From NCBI GenBank assembly GCA_010356995.1, contig ML996687.1, positions 745,803 to 809,802 on the forward strand: 64,000 bases of DNA, given 5' to 3'. Made by a program: the position numbers and the translations under genes. Below the pieces are notes generated by a model that had not been told where the DNA came from, searched no databases, and saw only the letters and a list, made by a program, of their open reading frames with translations. This document shows positions 1-13,846 of the stretch, piece by piece. Numbering within the stretch: the first letter of the stretch is position 1; every line of letters starts with the position of its first letter. This DNA comes from Trichodelitschia bisporula. Taxonomy: Eukaryota.

Positions 1-402
1 CGCGCTCAAGGCGCTTCATGTCGCCATAGAGCTGAGTGTACTTCTTCTGCACAAAGTCGATCCGCTCGAGGGCATCGACGCTAGCCGCCTGTTGTGCGAT
101 GTCGCGGTTGGCCTTCTTGACTTCACGCTCTACTCGTAGGAGCTGGTTAGGTACGTTACGACAAAGCGGGGATACGCTTAAACCAGGGACACTTGCGCAC
201 CTATCTCAGCATCCTGTTCGCGATCGCCCGCGGCATCCCGCTCGAGACGAGCCACGGTCTGCTCTAGCAGCTTGTTGGTATCAACAGGTTCCGCCGCCTT
301 TTTTCCTTTACCCCGTTTGGCGGCGGCAGTCGTGGGGTTTGCACCCGCAGTAGCAGCAGTAGGTGCCATGGGTGTCGTGGCCGAGACGTTCTTCCGTGGC
401 AT
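1..402 (-). CDS. Taxilin-family coiled-coil protein, 5' part (runs off the left edge)
   Basis: MPRKNVS...LLEQTVARLERDAAGDREQDAEI, then GT-AG intron 130-200, then EREVKKANRDIAQQ...QKKYTQLYGDMKRLER. Resembles the N-terminus of fungal taxilin-like proteins; the true start could lie further upstream. Confidence 0.6.
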
Positions 403-1558
403 GATAGGTGGGGCAATCTCGCGGTATGCGGTGACGGCACCGTGACGGACAGAGGTGCCTTAGAACGCAACTCAATTGCGGGAACGCGTGCACTTCCAAT
501 TCAACCGGAGAAGTCGCTGGAGTATGGTGGAGGCGTCGTGATCGGGTACCGGGGGCGACCGTGTTTGAGAGTTGGAGCGAGGGGACGGTGCGGGCGCTTC
601 AGGTGCGTGCGCGACCGCTTCGGCGAAGGTTGGCGGAACAGGCACTAAAGAACATGAAGGCGCGCCAGAGGCGCAAGCTGCTGGGTGTGGTGGTTCCTGT
701 ATATGCTGTGTAAGGATGGGAGAGAACTTTGCGGTTAGTGTGGAGGGAATGCTGGCGGTTGTGGTTGCATGTCTCTTTGATGGCACGGGAATTGGGAAGA
801 CCCTACTGTGTTCTTGGCTTTAGGCAGGGTGCGCAGCCATCTCAAGGACCGGTCGCCACATGGCCAATGATAGGGCTTGAGCAGCGGGCAAAGTAAATAC
901 AGATTGCGAAGTCATCTCATCATCAGCTCCTTTTCTTCTCTTGATCCATCAAACAACATCGTTTCCATTGTCAACTCTTCATGTCTCCTTTGCCCTGAAC
1001 ATGACAGCGAATGAAGATCCGTCGAATCTTGAGATCTTGGATTCCAGCGAATCGAAACCGTGCACCTTGCAGCATCAAGGTCCGTGTTCGAAGTGTACGA
1101 TGTGTGTCCTATCGTTTCGGACTTCTTCATGACAACAGCTCCGCCACAACTATCTGCTTCGTAACGGCATTACGGAGTATTGCTCTCCGCAACTTCGCCA
1201 AGTGCATTACATCAGGCCCCATCTGACCACCTTCCATTTTGGTTTATTGCTTCCACTTCAAACCCCACATAACGTGGGACAGATGCAGTGAGGTTGTCAT
1301 TTCGAACTTGGCGACTTCCCTCCAGTAGAGAGGCTTTGCCGATGGTTCCCCTGTTGCCTTTAGACAGGCTTTCTTCGCCCTTCGCCCGGTTTCGTTACGC
1401 CAGAAATTTGCTAGCTTCGGAGCCGGCATGTCACGAGGAAACGCAATCCCGGGCTAATGAAATCGAAGTGACTTTTTCCTATGACGCCGCCGCTGCTGTC
1501 ATTGATCCTCTTTGTCTTTGAAGCTGCTGTGGTCATTTTGTCCCTGGATCGTGTCGTC

Positions 1559-4500
1559 ATGCTCCGCACCAGCCGGCCTCTATGGCCGTTGCAAAGAGTC
1601 ATACCATCTCCTCGTTCTTCGGCCTCCCTCGCCCGGCGGAGCTACGCGTCAGCCGTTGACCTCAGCAACTACCCAAAGCCTGGCGACAAGCTCTACGGTT
1701 TTACGGTCAAGAGAACTGAACAGGTCCCGGAGTTCGAATTGGCAGCTATACAGCTGCAACACGACAAGACGGGCGCAGAGTACCTCCATATTGGCCGCGA
1801 TGACTCCAACAATGTCTTCTCCATTGGCTTCAAGACAAATCCACCAGATGCTACGGGTGTTCCCCACATCTTGGAGCACACAACTCTCTGTGGGAGTGAG
1901 AAGTGGGTTTATCCCGTTGCAATCTGCAGTAACAATAACTGACCATAGTCCAGGTACCCCGTTCGCGACCCCTTCTTCAAGATGCTTCCTCGCTCTCTAT
2001 CCAACTTCATGAACGCCTTCACCTCCGCCGATCACACCACATACCCTTTCGCAACTACCAATGCTCAAGACTTCCGAAATCTTATGTCCGTGTATCTGGA
2101 TGCCACACTTCACCCACTCCTCAATCGTCTCGATTTCACCCAGGAAGGGTGGCGCATCGGTCCTGAAAACCCACTCGCCGTTGGGCCCGATGGTCAATCT
2201 GAATCACCTTTGGTGTTCAAGGGAGTTGTGTACAATGAGATGAAGGGTCAGATGTCAGACGCCAGCTATCTCTACTACATCCGCTTTCACGAACACCTCG
2301 TCCCTGCCCTCAACAACTCTGGCGGCGATCCACCCAGGATTACTGACCTCACCTACGATCAGCTGAAGGCATTCCATGCTGAGCACTACCACCCTAGCAA
2401 CTCAAAGATCCTGACCTATGGCGACCTGCCGCTGGAAGATCACCTGAAGAAGCTGAGTGAGGTGTTGGCGAAGTTTGAACACGCATCTGTGGACGGCGAC
2501 ATCAAACTACCGATAGATCTCTCGGAGCCGCAGTCGGTGACCGTACCTGGACCTCTGGACCCTCTTATCCCTGCAGATGCTCAATACAAAACTTCCGTTA
2601 CGTGGAGCATGGGGAATTCGATGGACATGGTTGAGCGATTTTCCCTAAGCGTATTATCCTCCTTGCTCTTGGACGGCTATGGCTCGCCATTCTATCAAGG
2701 CCTGATCGAAGCCGGTCTTGGCTCAGATTTTACCCCAAACACTGGTTTCAACGCAATGGGGAAGGCATCGACTTTCTCTGTTGGTCTTACTGGAGTCAAA
2801 AAAGACGCGGTTAAAGAAGTCAGGAAACGAATTGATGATATCATTCTGGAGACCTGCGAAAGGGGCTTCGATAAGATCAAAGTCGACGGCATACTCCATC
2901 AGTTGGAGCTCGGATTGAAGCACAAGACTGCTAACTTCGGAATGGGTCTCATGCAGAGACTGAAGCCGGACTGGTTCAACGGAATCGACCCGTTCGATTC
3001 TCTCGCTTTCCAGCGTACGCTGGACGGATTCAAAGAGCGGTATGCAAAGGGACGTTATCTTGAGGAGTTGCTGGAAACGTACCTACTCAATGACCGGGTT
3101 TTGATTTTCACCATGGAGCCATCGGCGTCTTACGGCGAGGCTCTTGCAGCTGAAGAAACTGCCAGGCTCGATTCGAAGATTCATGAGGTCAGCAGTCAGT
3201 TCTCTTCGCCCGAGGAGGCAAAACGCCACCTTGAGAAGCAAGAGCTCGAGCTTCTTGACGCCCAAGAGAATGCTAGACAGCAAGACCTCAGCTGTCTTCC
3301 CACAGTCCACGTAAGCGACATCCCTCGCGTCAAGCCCACGAAGGAGGTTCGGTTTTCGTCTTTGGATAATGTCAAGGTGCAGTGGCGGGAGGCTCCGACC
3401 AATGGTCTGACTTACTTCCGGGCGGTTCACAAGCTTGATGGCATTCCGGATGAGCTCCGTGAGCTAATACCGCTTTTCACGGACTCTATCATGCGCCTGG
3501 GCACCAGGAATATGACCATGGAGAAGCTTGAGGAACTCATCAAGCTAAAGACTGGTGGGATTTCCGTCAGCTACCATTCGTCCACGTCCCCACACAATTT
3601 ACGCCAGTATGAGGAAGGCTTTGTTTTGTCCGGTCGTGCCTTTGACCGCAACGTTCCGGCAATGTACGATCTCCTGAGGATGCTGATCCTGGAAACGGAC
3701 TTCGACAGCCCTGAGGCGGAGAAAAAGATTCTCCAGCTCTTGCAGTCCTCAGCTCACAGTGCCATGGATACCGTTGCCGAGGCGGGTCATGCTTATGCGC
3801 GTCGCTATGCTATGGCAGGCCTAAGTCCGGAGGGCCAACTGCGCGAGCAGACATCGGGCCTGACTAACGTCAAGCTCACCACATTGCTGGCCACGCGGAC
3901 GGAGACTGGGGCGTTGCGGGATGTCATTCAAAAGCTTCGAGCGATTCAGTCTTTCGCCATATCTAACACCCAGTCCTTGCGTGTTGCACTCAATTGCGAT
4001 GCTGACAGCTCAAAAAGCAATCGGGCGATGCTCTCGGAGTTCCTGGGCACCCTTCCCAGTAATGTCAACATCCCATCAAGCCAAAAGTCCGGCCATAAAT
4101 TCCCCCGCAACGCCAAAACCTTCTTCCCGTTACCCTATCAGGTCTACTACTCCTCTGTTGTGGTCCCCACCGTTCCTTACGTCAACAGCGCCGGGGCGTC
4201 CCTGCAGGTCCTTTCTCAGCTCTTGACTCACAAGCATCTTCACCATGAGATCCGTGAAAAGGGCGGTGCGTATGGCGGAGGAGCGTTCTCTCTTGGACTC
4301 AACGGCATTTTCGGCATGATGAGCTACCGGGACCCAAATCCTCAGAATACCCTCAATATCATGAGCGAGGCGGGAACATGGGCGCGCGACCGTAACTGGA
4401 CCGAGAGGGATCTTGAAGAAGCGAAGTTGAGTGTCTTTCAAGCTCTCGATGCACCAGAAAGCGTCAGCCAAGAGGGCATGACGCAGTTCCTTTCCGGCGT

Positions 4501-4732
4501 CGACCCTGAGATGCAGCAGCGCCGACGGGAACAGCTGCTTGACGTTACAGCTAAGGATGTTAAGAAGGCTGCCAACGAGTTCCTTGTCAAGGGCGCTAAG
4601 GATGCCAGCACTGCTCTCTTGGGCGCGCCGAAAGAGTGGACCGGCGAACAAAGCGGCTGGATCGTCAAGGACCTGGGCATGGAGACTGCTCAGCTTGCCG
4701 ATCCTGCATCGGATATCGCTGCTGAGACGTGA
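1559..4732 (+). CDS. CYM1: Mitochondrial presequence protease (pitrilysin-like M16C metallopeptidase)
   Basis: Arg-rich presequence [13 protein letters not shown]; inverted zinc motif HILEH; intron 1903-1953 restores [15 protein letters not shown]; also NAFT and [10 protein letters not shown] motifs. Confidence 0.95.
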
Positions 4733-5511
4733 TTAAGTGAGTTGGTACGTTGACCTTGTATTATAATGTGTACTTCACTCCTATAGATCCGCAGCACGGC
4801 ATAACGAAGTTACGACTGCCATGATCGACGATTGCCCTTCTCTTTTGCCACTCTGGGACGTGCGCATCATGGGATCTGGAACAAACGTTTATTTTGCGCT
4901 GCAATATGAAGCCAATGGTGCCTATGCCAGGTTATACATAGCTTCACGGCATCTGCAAAGGCTCTCCGCCCTGTCTCGGAAGTGTCCCGTGCCGAAATGC
5001 AGCACGGTCCTAAGCAACAGCCGCTGCACATGTATCCCAATTATATCCACCGCAACTGGCGTTGCTGGTTGGTTAGAGTGCGAAGTGCTTGTGGTACTAT
5101 TCAACAGTGACGGTAAGTCAGGTCTTATCTCCCTGTGAGTTACCACAGTACGACAGGACGTCCTACTCCATTTTCGCGCCTCTGAACAGATTACTCTCTC
5201 CAACCTCGAATACCCCACAGTTGGAAGATCAGAAGCTTGGTGCAAGATCAATACACCCCTCCAGTGCATGAACTATGACTGCGTGCAGTCGTTGGGGCAG
5301 AGCTGGAGTTGGGTCTTTCACTTTCAGAACCGCTTAAGACAAAGCTCTGTCTATGTGGACTATGTTTGAAAGGACAATCGGAAGTGAGAATCAATAGCTA
5401 GATTAGGCATGTCCAAAGTGCAAAGGAATTCATAATGGCACCACCTAGTGCCAGTCGTGGCGCGCGTTCACCTTGACCCTATCTGATGCCCGATGCGATA
5501 GCACGTGAAAA

Positions 5512-5525
5512 ACGCGTGGACGCGT
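5512..5525. promoter_or_regulatory. Two tandem MCB elements (ACGCGT) upstream of the Pol delta subunit gene
   Basis: ACGCGT at 5512-5517 and 5520-5525, ~80 bp before the ATG at 5601; further CGCG cores nearby. MCB/MBF control of replication genes is established in fungi. Confidence 0.65.
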
Positions 5526-5600
5526 AGAGTGGTTTTCCCCAGACCCTGGCCCAAATTCGACTCTCCAACTTCGCCGCGTCCAACCCCGCAATCACCAAAG

Positions 5601-7259
5601 ATGGCGGATCAGAGCATATATTTGCAGGATCCTTCGTGAGTCAATGTAGTCGGTCTATGCGACTGTGCTAATGCAATATAGCGACCATGAATTCCCAGTC
5701 TCGACCCGTGTTGCCTCGACCTACAATCCGCTACACACCTTTGAACTCCCCAAAGGCGAGGAGAAGGGATACTCGCAGCAATTCGCCGACATGTACTTTC
5801 TGCGCCTGGTTGCCCTGAAGCCGACGGTGGAGAAGATCGCAGCGGAGGCGTGGGCTGAGTTTGAGGTGAAGCCGGCTCTCGATATGTGCTTAAGGAGAGC
5901 TGCTGATGGGACACTTTCAAGTTAGCAGGAGAGAAAGCGCGACAGGTCGAGCGGGTGCTTGACGTGCGACAAGGAGAGCTGTGTTGGATGGTAGGCACCG
6001 TGTTCATGGAACTGCCGTTGAAGCCCAATGTCCTGGACGACCTCGTGAAAGAGGTGAGCAAGTGCGCCGCCGCAGAGGGCGCCCCGCTGACACTGGCGTA
6101 GCACTGGATAGCCGCGCCGCCCGCTAGGGAAAAGTACATATCCTACGACGACAAAGACAAGGCCTTCCTCGAGGACGAATCTGGTCGGCTGCGGTTGACT
6201 GGCGCACACTTGAAGTCCCATCTTCTGGTTACCGGCTGCATCGTCGCTGTCATGGGATCCGAGAATGCGGCCGGCGAATTCGAAGTCGTGGACATCAAAT
6301 TCCCCGATCTACCTGCACAACCGGAGCGATGGGCACGAGATCTGGGCGCAAAAAAGAAGAAACCGCCGCTATGTGGGAAGCTGGGTATCGTGAGCGGGCT
6401 GGGCGTCAACGTCGACTCCGGCGACACTCTGCTGCATGATCTCTTGGTTGAGTATCTCCTCGGCGACATTCCGTCCCCTGCCGATGTTTCGCAAATATCG
6501 CGGCTCATTATTGTGGGCAACTCCATGGATCATGCCTCTCCGATCATGAGCCGCGAGGATTTCGATGCCGCCAAAAGGACGAAGAAGTTCGGTCAGGATA
6601 TCCACGATCCTGTTCCGAGCGAACTGCTTGATGATTTCCTGGCCCAGCTCCTCCCCACCATACCTATCACGATTCTCCCTGGCGAAACAGACCCTGCAAA
6701 TGTTACCTTTCCCCAGCAACCACTTCATCCCGCACTGTTCCCTACCAGCCGTGCGTACATAAATCCACCTACGGAAAACGATCCCACCCCGAACTGGCTT
6801 GATAGCGTGTCCAATCCCTGGGAAGGAGACGTGGACGGATGGCGGTTCCTCGCTACTTCCGGTCAGCCCATTGACGATGTGTTCCGCTACTTGCCCGGCG
6901 ATGATCGGTTGGTGATGATGGAACATGTGCTTCGGTGGCGGAACGCTGCACCAACTGCTCCAGATACATTGTGTAAGTTTGCTGAGGATCCCTTCTTCTT
7001 GGTGATTCCTTTGCTAACTTGAATCTTAGGGAGTTATCCGTTCCAGGACAAGGACCCTTTCGTAATCAAGGAATGCCCGCACGTCTATCTCGTGGGCAAC
7101 CAGCCGCGTTTCGAAACTGCCATCATCCAAGGTCCGGCTGGGCAAACGGTGAAGCTAATATCCGTGCCCAAGTTCAAAGAAACTGGAATGCTGGTTCTGT
7201 TGGACATGGAGACTCTGGAAGCAGAGTGCGTAAAGTTTGAAGTACCGGAGCCGAAGTAA
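5601..7259 (+). CDS. POL31: DNA polymerase delta small (B) subunit, multi-exon
   Basis: Exons encode YSQQFADMYFLRL, FLEDESGRLRL, PGETDPANVTFPQQPLH, APTAPDTL, YPFQDKDPFVIKECPHVYLVGNQP; stop TAA 7257-7259. Confidence 0.93.
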
Positions 7260-7913
7260 TGCTTGGAGGGATGCACGGAACAATGTTCATGACAAAATCG
7301 TAATTCAGAGCTGCTCTGAGGTTATCTTGCCGTATTTGGTCGGATGAGCGTGGCGTCGCACAGGTTAGATCGCATTTAGATGCCACATCTTGTGTACTCC
7401 TTACCGGATGAATGGCGCACAACCTTTTTGGAACGACTCACTGCACAAGGTGTGACTATCTGTCCCCGCAAGGCCAGGCGTGAATTATATATAAAAACAT
7501 TCTTTTCCGTAGCAAAAGCCATACTTTGAATCCGCTCTTTGTATAAACGCATATGATGCCGCCAGGATCAGCCCCTGCCGTGCGAGGCTGATGAGGCTCT
7601 CGTGGCTTGTCGGCACTCTCTCGGGGTTGCTAGTGTCGCAGCACCAAAACGGCAGGCAACGCGGTCCACCACCCGCAAACCCCTCCCTTAACCGCCACCG
7701 TGCGACTTTCACCCATCTCCCTGGCGTCCATCTCCGATCACCATCCGCACGTCCTCCCTGAATATATCCGCGTGCACTCGATACTAGATGCGCGCCGGCA
7801 TTCCCGTCCTGTAAACGACACCTTTCAACTCCGCCTCCCTTGCGCGGCACCCCGCGTCCCCTACTCCGCATCGGCGACTCACCCGACGCCACTAGCGCAC
7901 CTGCGCTCGAAGC

Positions 7914-10020
<2,107 letters not shown>

Positions 10021-11260
10021 TGAATGGTACATACGAAGTGCGCGTCTAAGTAAGCACTGGAAGGTGGCAAGAGACGGACGGAGACGTGTAACATAAGGGA
10101 TTCATGTGGATATGTTTTTGCCAGCGCCGTACCACTCTTCATGTACCATATCTGCACCCGTTGGATCGTCAATCAGGGGCGCTCCACGCGGTGGAAAACC
10201 CTGCAAGCAGCACCCAGCATAGCGAATGGCGTTACGAAATCCAAACCTAGCTCAGCCTCATCCTACATAGCACCAACCCCTCACCGTTCAACGCAGCGCA
10301 ACCTCCAACCCCAACCTCCACCCAGCCACACAAGGCTGACCTCGGCACCCGCGTGCCTCACGCCAAGCCCCCCTCCCCTTTGCGCACAGCAGCGTACAGC
10401 ACCACCAGCATTACATCAATGTCGTGCAGCCCAGTGCAGCCCATCGCAATCCCTCCATTGTCGGGGGCGAAGGAAGCGGCGACGCAGACGCATCGACCCC
10501 GCGCATCGGTCACAGCACTGCGAGCGGGCATCACCGCGCAGGGCCCGCGTGCTTAACGGCCCCGGCGCACCCAATGGACCGCCAACCAATTGCGCGGCGA
10601 ACGCCGGCTGCCAACCCCACGATTTGCGGGCCGGTCGCGGGTGCGTCCACGTCACGTCATAGAGGATTGGCGGGCGCGCGCTTAGTCTCGTGCGACGGCG
10701 GGCGATTGCCGAATGGGGAGTGTGGTGTTGGGTCCGGGCGCACGGCTAAGGGCGTCGCAAGGCTGGCGCGCAAGGAGCGAGGTCGTTGAAACGTTGACCA
10801 CGTTGATCTTTTTTACCCCGCATGCGGGGGGAGGGGGAGGGGGGATATTTGTCAAAAGGGGGGCAAGGGCGGGCAGCACGAATGCAAATTGTTTTTTAGG
10901 AAACAGAGCCAATGGAATTGATGTAGGAAAAATGCTAACGGTTTGTGAAGTCTTCATTCCTCCTGTGGGAAACGGGGTCGCCGACGGCCATACGCGATGC
11001 GAGAGAGTAGGCGCTGGGTGACGGAGGTGGGGCAGCCTTGTACCTGGGCCATCGCAATGCATGGCCAGCCGCGCCCAAAGAAAAAGACCAGAGGAAAGAA
11101 GGAGAGAAGGAGAAGAGAACAAAATGACGAAAGGCGAAGGAGCGAATTGGCTCAAGAGCAAGCGACTAAAGCAGGCGCGCCTCCAACCCAAGAATCTATA
11201 CCAAAAATGTGTGCCAATTTGACGCCTCCTCCCAGAAACACCACGCTGCATCTCCACCGC

Positions 11261-12513
11261 CTAACAAAACCGACGCAAGGCTGACAGAAAATTCTCTTCG
11301 AAATCGGGCGGCGCGTCTAAGCTCTGTACGACTTGCCACAGACGGCCCAGCTCCTCAGAATTCGTATCCGTGAAGTGCCCCGGATCCAAGAGCAAGATGA
11401 TGTCAATCGGCGTGACATCTCTCGGGTCGCTGTTCTGGATGAGCACGCTGTAGAGGTTCCCCGGGTACATGATCGGGTGTCGGCTTCGCTCTCCATATAC
11501 GGCGTCATTTCGGCGAATGATGATGCCGTTGAGGATATAGAGCAGGGTCGATGCTGCCACACGCCCAGCCCCTAGCTTCAGATTCCTGCGACGACTCTCG
11601 TATTCCCTGCGCAACGCTTCAAGGTATCCTTGAATTCTACGTGCACATGCCTGCTCGTCGCAAGAGCTTGCATTCGGCCCGCGCAGGATGTACTCGTCCA
11701 AAGCGTGGAAGCTTTTTTCGGCCCCTTTCCGAACTTTCTCGAACCGAATCTCAGCTCGAACCGAAGGTGAAAGAATAGATCGTAGGTTGCTAGCAAACTC
11801 GGCGTCCGCCCCTTCATACTCGTCGATGAAGGTTATCACATTCAGGAGGGCCGCGTCCGAGATGCTGTCGTCCTCCTCGTCCTGTTCAAGAGGCAGGAAA
11901 ACCGTCAGATACTTTTTTACCTCCGTCCGCGTTGGAGCCTGGCGGTATTGGATATCGTCCGCGAATTTGTCGACGCCACGCGGATTCCGGATAACTTTGT
12001 TGGGTGTTATCTGTTCCGATCTGGAGCTCCTCCGCAATGAGACCTGCGTGCATTTATCGTCAATCAACAGCTCTGGGTTTCGGCGCGGGTTGTCTGCCAG
12101 GTACGAGCGGGTCAGTTGGTCCCAAGTCCAGTATTTGTGCTAAAGTTGGTACGTCAGACAAGGGGTGCTTAATAAAGTTCGGGAAGGAATGTTACCGTGC
12201 AGGCTTTGCCAGCCGCGTCGTTTCCACAACTGCACTCCAGGAGCCATTTTCCTTCAAGATCCTCGAGGATGTCGACATACACGCTCTCTCGAAGGGATAG
12301 TTGGAAATGCAGATGAGCTCCGTCCATCTTTTTAACATTTTTGAAGCTGATATAAGTTCCCTTAAATCCGGCGTCAGCCACGGTGACGGCACTCTCATCC
12401 CGACCAGTGTCGATCGAATATGTGAGTGGGGGCAATTCATCTTCCACGCCGCGGCTGATGACTTGCGGTCGACGTCGGCCAGACGATTCCATGGCACGAG
12501 TGGTGGGAGCCAT
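11261..12513 (-). CDS. SWIM-type zinc finger protein of unknown function (2 exons)
   Basis: Splicing out intron 12140-12195 joins two ORFs in frame and creates CSCGNDAAGKACTH (CxC-x8-CxH); an alternative in-frame ATG lies at 12567. Confidence 0.6.
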
Positions 12514-13775
12514 TGTCGGTTCTACTAGCCGCAGGTCCTCAAAGGCGTCTCTGGTGGGGGAGTACATCAGTGAGGGCGAAGGAGCAAAGGGATATATCAG
12601 AATCAGGAACAAGAGGCGTAGTAAATGCGGATCGATGAGCTAGGTGATATGTTCAGGGATGCATCCGGTACGGCTCACAGCCTTTTATGCCACTGCGGGC
12701 CGTCACTGCCCAACTCTCAGGCCATGGTGGAGGTTTAGCACACTGAAGACATTGGATCCACATTTGATGCCTGCGAATGGAATAAAAAGCCTCCCCTGTG
12801 ACCAGTCAAATGAGGTAGTTCTGGAGTACAAGCCGTTGGCTAAGTGATAGTTGGGGGACGGATGAGAGAGGCTCGTTGATGAGCGACTGCGGCACAGTGA
12901 GGTGGCTCGGCCGTGTCGGCCTCATTCAAAGATGTTGTAGCCAGAGTTGGGAAGATGGTGGTGAGGGATAAGGTACCTTGGGGAAGGGGGGTGGGGGCCC
13001 ATCAGATGATGGACCGGCTATGCTCGCTTCCCGGCATACAGGCAATTGCCCTTGTAGGGAAACCGTTGAAGAGATTGGGGGGCATTTCGATTGCGTATCT
13101 ACAACACACTGGCCCAATGCTTGAAGACAAGAATGTCGGTATAATGATCAGCCGCGGCGTTGTATGCGGGCTAAGGATGGGCACTTCGGCGCAGCATGCG
13201 TTCACTCTGAGTTGGTTCCCGTTTGACCATGCCCGAATGGGCCGAGTTGGAGCTAGGATGGGCGGAGAGGGGAAGGGAGGCGTGAGAGGGGCGTTGGCCG
13301 CAACACACGCATGACGTCGGGCTTGGATGCCCGGTCCCAGGTCGTGGGGCTCTACGGCAAGCTCGAGCACAGGTTCCTACAGCCAGGAACAGGCAGTTGG
13401 CCGAAGCAGGAGGCGAGGAGATGGGATCTCTCGGGTTACACAGATGCTAATCAACAAGGGCCGAAGGTGGAAGGGGGGGGTTAGAGGGAAGACGGGAAGA
13501 CGGGGAGACGGTGCGAGGTCATGAGTAGAGGAACAGTAAGTCAAGGTCGAAGATGGAGCCGGTATGGGGCTCTGGGGAAGATTGAGGCAGTACAGAAGAG
13601 GCACGGGGCTCGGTGATACAGTGGGTTGGTGACACTGAGCGAAAAGGACTGGACGGGATTGGCGAAATGTTAGTGGATGAGCAGAAATTGTGAGAGGTCG
13701 AAAGGAGAGGGATGGGGGCACGGTAGAGGTAGGAAAGGCAGAGTAAGCGGAGACGAAGGAGAGGGAGGAAGTGAG

Positions 13776-13846
13776 AGAGGTGGAGAGGTGAGAGGTGGAG
13801 AGGTGGAGAGGTGGAGAGGTGAGAGGTGGAGAGGTGAGAGGTGAGA
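13776..13846. repeat. Tandem purine-rich minisatellite (AGGTGGAG/AGGTGAG units)
   Basis: About 8 mixed 7- and 8-bp units, read directly. Confidence 0.85.
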
